From positions 1 through 39,845 of IMG/VR virus record IMGVR_UViG_3300038829_000102: a stretch of DNA of 39,845 bases; one strand, given 5' to 3'. The notes under the pieces were generated by a model that worked only from the letters and a program-made list of their open reading frames with translations, did no database searches and was not told where the DNA came from. This document shows, piece after piece, positions 33,017 to 39,845 of this stretch (the first letter of the stretch is position 1; each line of letters opens with the position of its first letter). The translations under genes were made by a program, and so were the position numbers. This DNA comes from a virus. Lineage: Duplodnaviria > Caudoviricetes.

Positions 33017-35098
33017 TCATGCTGCCTTCGCTTTCGGTTCCCACGGAACCAGTTGGCCGTCAACCCAAACGGGCTCGGCGTCTTTGTACCAGCGGCGCAT
33101 GAATGCCGGCTCCGCTTTGATCTTCTTCATGTCCGGGCACACCTTCGACATCTCTTCCACCTGGATGAGCGCCTGACGCTTGCCGGCGTCGGTGGGCGTG
33201 CCGACCAGCCCATCACGATCCTCCGGGATTTCGAGAATCGTTTCATCGTGCGAGAAGATGATCAGCCGCGAGCCGTAGAGCGGGCTCTGCGTGTCCAGGT
33301 ACATCTCCTCTGTCATGCGGATGACGGCCCGCTTGGCGCCATCGGCCGCGAGGCCCTGGAACATCGTGTTCGCGCCCGAGGTGAACCGCAGGCCGCCGCG
33401 GATGCGCTTGCTGACGAACTGCTCCAGCATGTTGTCATTTTCTCGGAGCGTCTTCTTGATCCACTCGAAGTAGTCCGGCATCTCGTCGAAAAGCTCCAGC
33501 CAGTTGATCCGGAGGTTCTCGGAGTCGAGCACGCACTGTTTGCACGTCGGCGTGATGGCGTGGTTGTTCCAGCGATCGAGCTTCGTGACACCGCACTTCT
33601 CGGCCGTGTGCATCGTGAGGCAGATGCGCATGCCGGGATCTTTGCGCTTGGCGAGGACGAACTTGGGCGCGCTCATGCCGCCCGGAAAGCCGTAGTTGCC
33701 GGCCTTCGTCGCCTGCCGAACGTCTTTCACGTATGCGTCCTTGAGCGCCAGCAGCGCGAGGATCTCTTCGTAACTCTTGCCCACCATCTGGCCGGCGAAA
33801 GCCGCGTGCGGATCGAGGTCGGCGTTGAGCATATCGGCCATCTTCGAGCGGCCGACCACCCAATAGAGCACCTGCCCGAGCGTGTGAGCTTCGAGCGCGG
33901 CATAGTCGACCGATGACCAGAGCGTGCTGAGGCGAGCGATGCAGCGCTCCCGGATGCCGCCCTTGCGGGGCATGAGCTGCACGAAGCCCTCGTAGCTGGA
34001 GCGGCCGGTGGCCAGAACGGGGTTCGGCGAGACGTTGATGGGCGTCAGCGCGCCCTGTCGGAGCGCCGGCAGGTAGCCGTAGAGCTTGTCCAGCTTCGAC
34101 ACCTGGGCGAGTTCTTCGAGGATCTCATCGCCAGAGTCCTCCAGCACAGTGCGCTCGCAGGACACGTTACCGAGTGGGTTGCTCTCGGTAGGGTCGGTCA
34201 TCGGGGGCTTTCCGAGATACGCCTTGGTGACCATTTCCTTCACGACACTCTTGGTCTGCACCCAGCAGAGCACACCCTTTTTCTTCTCTTGGCGGTAGAT
34301 GCCGAACTGCGAGAAGTGCTCCTTGAGCTTCTCGATCTTGCCGAGCAGTTCCTTCTCCAGCGAGTCCAGCGTGCCGCCATCGGTGCGGAAGCCCCACAGC
34401 GCGCCGAGATGCATGCACCACGCGGCGAAGCACTGTGTGGGAAGGTCGTGGAGGTTCTCGCAGACCTCAGCCTGATACTCGGCAACTTCGAGGGAGTTCT
34501 GCGCGTCGTCGAGCGGATATTGAACCGCCTCGGGCGGCCACTCCTTGATCGGCTTGTCCTCCAGGAGCGCGTAGCTGAGGCGCCAGATGTCGTTCGCCTT
34601 GGCGTCCTTCCTTCCGAGATACAGATCGGTAACGATCTCCAGCGTGAAGCGGTTGCTGATGCGCCCCTCCACCGTGCGGATCTGCTGGTAGCGCACCGAG
34701 CGCCGGCCGCTCTCTTCGTCAATGTGCTCGTAGGCGGTACGCGGGTCCCAAATCTCGCCGTCCTGCATCAGACCGCGCGCGATGAAGTCCAGCGACGCCG
34801 CGATCAGAACGTCATGAACCTCCCCGCGCTGATACTTGGCAAACACCAGCGGGATGAGGCTCGGGTCCTCGGCGCAGAGACAACCGAAATCGTAGGCGAT
34901 GTTGGCGCCACAGAGGATCGTGGAGCCCCGGAGGAGTTGCTCGGCGATCTGCATGGTGCGCCGTTTGCCCTCCAAGAAAGGGGTCGTGAGGTGCGCCCAC
35001 ATCTTGCCGGCAAACGAACCGCACACGATGGGCGGGCACAGGAGGCCGGGCTGGATGAGGTGGGTTTCTAGGTCCAAACCCGTGTACATGGGCTTCAT
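33017..35098 (-). CDS. polA: Family A DNA polymerase with 3'-5' exonuclease domain
   Basis: ExoI GLDLET, NIAYD, TGRSS, motif A DYAALE, motif B RQATKAGNYG, FQGLAAD, motif C HDE. Confidence 0.93.
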   Translation of the reverse strand: MKPMYTGLDLETHLIQPGLLCPPIVCGSFAGKMWAHLTTPFLEGKRRTMQIAEQLLRGSTILCGANIAYDFGCLCAEDPSLIPLVFAKYQRGEVHDVLIAASLDFIARGLMQDGEIWDPRTAYEHIDEESGRRSVRYQQIRTVEGRISNRFTLEIVTDLYLGRKDAKANDIWRLSYALLEDKPIKEWPPEAVQYPLDDAQNSLEVAEYQAEVCENLHDLPTQCFAAWCMHLGALWGFRTDGGTLDSLEKELLGKIEKLKEHFSQFGIYRQEKKKGVLCWVQTKSVVKEMVTKAYLGKPPMTDPTESNPLGNVSCERTVLEDSGDEILEELAQVSKLDKLYGYLPALRQGALTPINVSPNPVLATGRSSYEGFVQLMPRKGGIRERCIARLSTLWSSVDYAALEAHTLGQVLYWVVGRSKMADMLNADLDPHAAFAGQMVGKSYEEILALLALKDAYVKDVRQATKAGNYGFPGGMSAPKFVLAKRKDPGMRICLTMHTAEKCGVTKLDRWNNHAITPTCKQCVLDSENLRINWLELFDEMPDYFEWIKKTLRENDNMLEQFVSKRIRGGLRFTSGANTMFQGLAADGAKRAVIRMTEEMYLDTQSPLYGSRLIIFSHDETILEIPEDRDGLVGTPTDAGKRQALIQVEEMSKVCPDMKKIKAEPAFMRRWYKDAEPVWVDGQLVPWEPKAKAA

Positions 35099-35373
35099 CC
35101 AAGCCCCCCGAATACGTGTCCAGGGCACTGCGATTGATGCCAGCGCACATCCTTCATATCATCCGCTACGAAATCACACCGATCACAGCGTAACGGGTGC
35201 TCTAGCGGTACCGTGGGCTGGTGGCGCATCTCCCAGTTGTCCAGAAACGCCTTCTTGTTACCCAGCCCGCTCTCCAGCTTGAGGAACTGGCGCATCAACT
35301 GCTGGGTGTCGCGCCGGGCGACTTCATTCCTCGCCGCGACCTTCGGATCGTCATCGCTGAGTCCCATGGGCAT
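35095..35373 (-). CDS. Hypothetical protein with Zn-finger-like motif
   Basis: CDRC-x12-H-x3-C; GGAGG RBS; overlaps the polA start. Confidence 0.65.
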   Translation of the reverse strand: MPMGLSDDDPKVAARNEVARRDTQQLMRQFLKLESGLGNKKAFLDNWEMRHQPTVPLEHPLRCDRCDFVADDMKDVRWHQSQCPGHVFGGLG

Positions 35374-35384
35374 CCTCCAAGAAA

Positions 35385-35455
35385 TTGCAGGGGCCGGAAT
35401 CGAACCGGCGATGGCGCCTTATGAGGGCGCTGCCTTGCCGCTTGGCTACCCTGCG
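35385..35455 (-). tRNA. tRNA with CAT anticodon (initiator-Met-like acceptor stem), CCA not encoded
   Basis: CGCAGGG-TA-GCCAAGCGGCAAGGC-A-GCGCC-CTCATAA-GGCGC-CATC-GCCGG-TTCGATT-CCGGC-CCCTGCA-A forms a complete cloverleaf with a C1:A72 mismatch. Confidence 0.9.
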
Positions 35456-35461
35456 GGGAAG

Positions 35462-35656
35462 CTAGTCGAGCGCCGACTCCAGCGCTTTCGAGTTCTCTTG
35501 CATCTCACCGTGGAACACGCGGTTCCAGACGGCGTCGAGGTCGTCATCACTGGCGGTAGGTGTGAGCTTCTGGTGTTCCAGCCGTGCCGTGTCGGCGGCG
35601 GCCTCGGCGGCGGGGATGAGGAGGTTGCGGCGGAAGACGTAGTTCGTGTTTTCCAT
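35462..35656 (-). CDS. Hypothetical protein
   Basis: GAGGAGG RBS inside the upstream gene end; 64 aa. Confidence 0.6.
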   Translation of the reverse strand: MENTNYVFRRNLLIPAAEAAADTARLEHQKLTPTASDDDLDAVWNRVFHGEMQENSKALESALD

Positions 35657-35659
35657 GTT

Positions 35660-36304
35660 TCAGCCCTCCTCTTCGAGTTCTTCCACCGGGTGGTCCTTAT
35701 CCCACTCGGCGCGGCGGCGCGCAACATCCGCGTCGTTGTTCCCGCCGAACTCGGTCGCGTCGGTCGCCTCGCTGACGGGATCGAACTGCGGGTAGGTGTT
35801 GATGTTGCCGGCGTTCTTGCCGGACTTCACGGCACCCTGCCGAGTCGAGCAGGCGATGAGCATGCCGCGCGCGAGCTGGTCCGGGCCAGAGGCGCCCTCC
35901 CCGAGAACTTCCAGGTTGGACATCTGCACCTTCTTTCCGTCGCCGAGATCCACCTCGGTCATCGCGTCACCGTCCGACTCGGACATCCCGCCGAGCGACA
36001 ACATGAACGCCTTGACGTTGCCGGGCGCCGTCTTCGGATAGGCGTCGAGCTGCTGGACGTAGCCGACCACCGAGCCGACCGGGTTGGGGACCACGGGCGC
36101 CTTCGTCTTCGGATCGAGGTCGCCCTTGGACTCGGCCTTCAGGACCAGCAGGCGGGCGATGAAGTTGAGGCCGCTCTCCGTGGACACTTTGCTGATGATC
36201 TGGAGAACTCCGAAGATGTACTTTCCATCGCGGATGAACTCCGACTTCTTGCCGGCCGCCTTCGACTTGCGGACTCGGCCCCAGATTGCACGTGCATTGC
36301 TCAT
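35660..36304 (-). CDS. Putative ssDNA-binding protein
   Basis: Lies between helicase and polymerase, beta-rich, acidic tail VEELEEEG, strong codon bias, AGGAG RBS. Confidence 0.5.
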   Translation of the reverse strand: MSNARAIWGRVRKSKAAGKKSEFIRDGKYIFGVLQIISKVSTESGLNFIARLLVLKAESKGDLDPKTKAPVVPNPVGSVVGYVQQLDAYPKTAPGNVKAFMLSLGGMSESDGDAMTEVDLGDGKKVQMSNLEVLGEGASGPDQLARGMLIACSTRQGAVKSGKNAGNINTYPQFDPVSEATDATEFGGNNDADVARRRAEWDKDHPVEELEEEG

Positions 36305-36346
36305 TACTTGCTCCTAGTTACGGGTTGGGTACGACGGTGGGACAGC

Positions 36347-36880
36347 CTAGCCGAGAAGTCTTTCACGAAGCAAGCCCCCTCGGTTTTCTTTGAAAGACCA
36401 ATGTCGCCAATCCCAGAACGCGGTAGGTCGCGGCGCACGGAGGCGCGGCTTCCCATCGGCGGCCGAACCCCAGCGACGCCAGCCAGCACGGCGGTAGCAG
36501 TAACCGGGAATCTCGCACTTCGTGGCCCCTGGTTTGATGTAGGTAATGAAGCCATCTACTGGCTGTGGCGTCCAGAGCGCATACGAGAGTGCCACTGCTT
36601 CGCGGATCATATCGCTGGAGAGGTACGGGCCTTCATTTCGGAAAAGCGCGTTCTCCCAAGCGTCGAGTTTATCGGTGCGCGTTGCCTTACCCGGTGTTGG
36701 ACGAAACGTCACCCACACCGCGAGGCGATCTGGTGTGATGAAAACAAGGTTCTGACCGTTCCGAGTAAACGATCGAGTTCCTGGTTGTTGGCGCGAATAG
36801 TGAGGTGCAGCGTTGATGCTAACGCCATCCACAAGAGCCAAGGCGTCCGGGTCACCTTTATCGGTAATAAGCCACATCAT
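36347..36880 (-). CDS. Mom/GNAT-like putative DNA modification protein
   Basis: HYSR...PG...FRNEG...SSDMI...ITY...PGYCYRRAGW echoes the Mom-family 'HY' and 'GxxYxAxxW' motifs (recognised from memory). Confidence 0.5.
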   Translation of the reverse strand: MMWLITDKGDPDALALVDGVSINAAPHYSRQQPGTRSFTRNGQNLVFITPDRLAVWVTFRPTPGKATRTDKLDAWENALFRNEGPYLSSDMIREAVALSYALWTPQPVDGFITYIKPGATKCEIPGYCYRRAGWRRWGSAADGKPRLRAPRPTAFWDWRHWSFKENRGGLLRERLLG

Positions 36881-36883
36881 AGT

Positions 36884-38794
36884 TCACCCGATTATCTCGG
36901 CGATTACAAGTTTCCGCTTTCCACCCAGGAGGTCCTGGGCGCCTCGGGCGAGGTCGCGGGAGCGCTGGAAGAACTCGGCAAGCGCCTGGGTGTGCTGGTA
37001 GACGTGGACCGTCACTTCTTGCGCGAATTGCCCTTGACGGTGCGTGCGGCCGAGGAGTTGTTCGAGGTCATCTTGTGGGTGGGTGATGATGATGTTTTTG
37101 TTAAAAACCTGAAGATTCTTACCTGTTCCGTGGGCCTTGATGCTGGCGACAATGGAGCGGGTCCCGTCTTCTCCGAGAATATCACGACTCGCGTCGGATC
37201 CGCCTCCGTAGTGCCGAAGACCAAGGTGAGAAGCAACCCGTTGTCCAACGGTGCTGTGCTCATACCAAATGATGCAAGGGCTGGTGGTCGCTTCGAGGGC
37301 TCGAAGATCATCGATGAGAAAGTTACTCTCCCAGATTGCTTCTGTAGCGGGCTGGGCGGTTGGCTCGACAACCTGCCAGTCCTGATAAGCGGTAGCGTTC
37401 CAGGTTGGGAGTGGTCCTTTAGAAGAAAAGGGAGGAACGCGCTCGATGAGGACCCGCTCGGTTTCTTGCCGGTTGAACTTGCCGTCTTGCGTCTCTTCTT
37501 CCCATTCACGGATCAACTTCTCCTCGAAATAGTCGTAGCCGTTGAACCAGCGGTGTGCAGCCTGCTCCAGGAGGAACGGGCTGTCCATCTTCTCTTTGGC
37601 GCGCTTGAGCTTCTCGCGGACCTCCTGGTGCCACGCCTTCCGGCACGCTTTCCACTTCTCGCGTACCTCCAGAGGCTCCTTGCGCGGCCAGCACCATCGG
37701 TAGAAGAAGCCGCAGGAGATTTCCTTGAGACAGCGATACATGGAAAGTGCGTCCATGAACAACTCGCCGTCCGGGCGCTCCCAGCTCGCCGCCACCGCGT
37801 CATACTTCGCCTGGATCTCGGGCGGTACGTGGACCCCGCGCCGCGTGACGGTCAGCTTGGCCTTGCAAGAGCCTTCGTCGGGGCTGGAGATGACGCCGCG
37901 GGTCTCCTCCAGCCGGCGCCGGAAGCCCTGCTGGACGTTCTCGCCGGCCTTGCAGAACTCGAAGAGGCACCCCGGGCCGAGAGCCGCCTTGCCGGGCTTG
38001 GGTACATCGAGCGCACCGGCCCACTCATCGATCACTATGTCAGAGTGCGGAGTAGGAGAGTTATCGTCCAGAGCAGCATTCGAAAAAGGAGCGAAATCTC
38101 GAACGGAGTCCTTGATGATCGTGCCGCTCCAACCACACAGACGAGCAACACGCACTTTATGCATAAAGCGCCAAAAGCGTTTGGATCTAGCCGCATCTTT
38201 GTCCCGCAGGTTCTGGAGTTCGTCTACGACCACGAGGTCAGGATTCTTCCGAGTAAGCGCGTCCGTGCTGGAGTGGTGCGAAAGCTCGCCGAAGCTCATC
38301 ACGTGGAGGATGGGGCGGCCCTCCACGAACCAGCGGCCTTCAGAGAAATTCGGAAGGTGGTAGTGCTGGCCGTAGTATTGCCAATCCACGTTGAGGAGCT
38401 GGTCCCGGAGGTTCGCCTGCACGAGCAGCACGGCTACCTTGCAGTTCGGCACCGCCATCGGCACCAGAAGGTCCATCAGCGTCTTGCCATCACCGACCGC
38501 GATGGGGCCGAGGATGCCCTCGTAGAGGGATGCCTCCTCCAGGCACCACGCCTGAAGCGGGAGAAGCGTCTTGCAGCACGGCCGGTGATAGAGGGAGACG
38601 CACGAGCAGGCCACCTCACCCTTTCCGAGTTTCGCGGTCCACTTCTCGACCAAGGCCGACATTGTAGCCGCATCGGGGCGAGGCCGGCGCACCATCTGCT
38701 TCACGCGCACGAAGTCTTTCGAGGGCATCACGCCCCCGGTAGCTTTCGCCATGCCAACGCGCGGGCTGGTACGGGCGCGATCGAAGAGTGTCAC
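36884..38794 (-). CDS. Superfamily 2 (SNF2-like) helicase
   Basis: LLPLQ, VGDGKT, VVVDELQ, WSGT, GTGKNLQ, EQLLGRTHRQGQ. Start is GTG 38794 (GTGA overlap, GGAG upstream). Confidence 0.88.
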   Translation of the reverse strand: MTLFDRARTSPRVGMAKATGGVMPSKDFVRVKQMVRRPRPDAATMSALVEKWTAKLGKGEVACSCVSLYHRPCCKTLLPLQAWCLEEASLYEGILGPIAVGDGKTLMDLLVPMAVPNCKVAVLLVQANLRDQLLNVDWQYYGQHYHLPNFSEGRWFVEGRPILHVMSFGELSHHSSTDALTRKNPDLVVVDELQNLRDKDAARSKRFWRFMHKVRVARLCGWSGTIIKDSVRDFAPFSNAALDDNSPTPHSDIVIDEWAGALDVPKPGKAALGPGCLFEFCKAGENVQQGFRRRLEETRGVISSPDEGSCKAKLTVTRRGVHVPPEIQAKYDAVAASWERPDGELFMDALSMYRCLKEISCGFFYRWCWPRKEPLEVREKWKACRKAWHQEVREKLKRAKEKMDSPFLLEQAAHRWFNGYDYFEEKLIREWEEETQDGKFNRQETERVLIERVPPFSSKGPLPTWNATAYQDWQVVEPTAQPATEAIWESNFLIDDLRALEATTSPCIIWYEHSTVGQRVASHLGLRHYGGGSDASRDILGEDGTRSIVASIKAHGTGKNLQVFNKNIIITHPQDDLEQLLGRTHRQGQFAQEVTVHVYQHTQALAEFFQRSRDLARGAQDLLGGKRKLVIAEIIG

Positions 38795-39054
38795 CGGCCG
38801 AACTCCGTCACGCCCAGGCAGCGCCCCAGGCGTCGCTGACAGCGGCTCTCGGTGACCTCGGCATCTCCATAGAGCTGGATGCAGGCGTTCAGGTTCTTCT
38901 CGGCCTGCGCCGCGTGCGCTCGTGCCCAAGCGGCCGAGTCTTCCGCCTCATCGCGCGCCTCACGCGCCCGGAGCGCCTCCTGGGCCGAGCCGACCGTCAC
39001 GCCGCACATGCCGCCGTATATGACGACCGCGATCACTGCGTAGAAGATCCTCAC
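38791..39054 (-). CDS. Small protein with N-terminal TM/signal segment and coiled coil
   Basis: MRIFYAVIAVVIYGGMCGVTV; GTGA overlaps at both ends. Confidence 0.6.
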   Translation of the reverse strand: MRIFYAVIAVVIYGGMCGVTVGSAQEALRAREARDEAEDSAAWARAHAAQAEKNLNACIQLYGDAEVTESRCQRRLGRCLGVTEFGR

Positions 39055-39335
39055 GGACCACGCTCCCAGTTCATGCCGCCGTGTACGCCATATACCACGA
39101 TGCCCTTCGGCTTCTGCCCTGGCAAAATATCGTAGTACAAATCGCCGCAGCGAATAGACGCCGAGTGGCGCCGCTCCTTGTTATATACCACTACCAACAT
39201 GAACGATTCTAGTTCCATTTGGGAGACGCTGTGTTTCCGGCATTCGTAGAAGTCGTAGCACGGGTGGCGTCGCAACTCACCCCAGCACTTCGGGCAGACT
39301 TTGGTACGCTCAACTGCGTTCGCGGCTTTTCCCAT
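39051..39335 (-). CDS. Zn-ribbon-like hypothetical protein
   Basis: CPKC...C...CRKH. Confidence 0.6.
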   Translation of the reverse strand: MGKAANAVERTKVCPKCWGELRRHPCYDFYECRKHSVSQMELESFMLVVVYNKERRHSASIRCGDLYYDILPGQKPKGIVVYGVHGGMNWERGP

Positions 39336-39421
39336 TTAGCCAGTTCCGTTATGGGTGGGGCTGGCGGCCGTTAGGAAATCCGCCATTTTACCTGTGCGCC
39401 TCCGCACTGCACCCCGTGACC

Positions 39422-39844
39422 TTATGCCGGCTTCGCTTCGTCCATCGCCGCCGCGTATTCGCTCAACTGTAGGTCCACCTGTCCGCGGGCGAACTCTCCG
39501 AGTTCCTTCGAGAGTTCCTCCTTGGTTTGCGTGGTAGATACCACCTCCACCTCCACCTCCACCTTCGCGAAGTTCCGATCGCCCAGGTTGACGGTGAGGC
39601 CGTGGCGAATCGCAACGCGAATTCCGGCAGGGGCGGCCGGCTTCTCCTTGTTCGGCGAGCCGGGCGGGCGGCCGGGGCCCTTCTTGGGCGCCGCCGCGGG
39701 GGCCTCCTCGGTACCGTTCACCTCGGCGAGCATCGCCTGTTCCTCCTCGGCCGGGGCGGGGGGCGGCGCGGCCTGCGTCTCGGGCTCCACGATGAGCTTC
39801 TTACGCTCCTTCGGGGGCTGGGCCGCGATGGCGGGGTTGCTCTT
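39422..39844 (-). CDS. C-terminal part of a gene entering from beyond the window; contains an AT-hook-like motif
   Basis: The frame stays open to the window edge (KSNPAIAAQPPKERKKLIVEPETQ...); KKGPGRPPGSPNK. Confidence 0.7.
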   Translation of the reverse strand, partial: KSNPAIAAQPPKERKKLIVEPETQAAPPPAPAEEEQAMLAEVNGTEEAPAAAPKKGPGRPPGSPNKEKPAAPAGIRVAIRHGLTVNLGDRNFAKVEVEVEVVSTTQTKEELSKELGEFARGQVDLQLSEYAAAMDEAKPA

Positions 39845-39845
39845 G

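Noticed and set aside
29389-35098. Z-genome (2-aminoadenine) pathway from DUF5664, HD hydrolase and PolA
   Set aside because: No purZ in the window, the HD protein looks like the common YfbR type, and adenine methyltransferases suggest ordinary adenine. It cannot be fully excluded because part of the genome is missing.
35213-38839. 1208-aa plus-strand ORF as a real gene
   Set aside because: It is codon-registered antisense to the helicase, SSB-like and other genes, crosses the tRNA, and has no motifs. The same applies to antisense ORFs over the portal, scaffold, capsid, fibre and polA genes.
1-39845. Prophage status or stop-codon reassignment
   Set aside because: No integrase, repressor or host genes are seen, and core genes are full length under the standard code with TAA, TAG and TGA all used as stops.

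Overview
This window is most of the genome of a high-GC, probably lytic, short-tailed (podovirus-type) dsDNA phage. No integrase or repressor is visible, and genes run off both ends. The left arm (minus strand, 1-1798) holds a truncated AEP-type primase, a pentapeptide-repeat gene and a Cys-rich gene. Next comes a non-coding control region (about 1900-2700) with a large folded-RNA candidate, promoters and iteron-like repeats. The plus-strand late block (2732-29942) runs: TerS-like, GNAT, TerL, portal, scaffold, major capsid, adaptor/nozzle, three ejection-type proteins, a fibre-position cluster, lysis genes, a metallophosphoesterase and DUF5664. The minus-strand replication block (30078-39845) holds MT-A70 and Dam-like methyltransferases, a RuvC-like resolvase, an HD hydrolase, PolA, a tRNA-CAT, an SSB-like protein, a Mom-like protein and an SF2 helicase. 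The two strongest leads: (1) six of the seven genes at the tail-fibre position carry signal peptides (one of them weak) and mostly paired cysteines, suggesting virion fibres folded outside the cytoplasm; (2) a ~230-nt early RNA in which a 22-bp stem encloses a pseudoknot-capable domain. Smaller leads are an alternative-hairpin switch over the capsid RBS, a tRNA-like minihelix after the capsid gene, and a chimeric initiator-like tRNA. All product calls come from motif recognition and gene order by eye; no database searches or folding programs were run.
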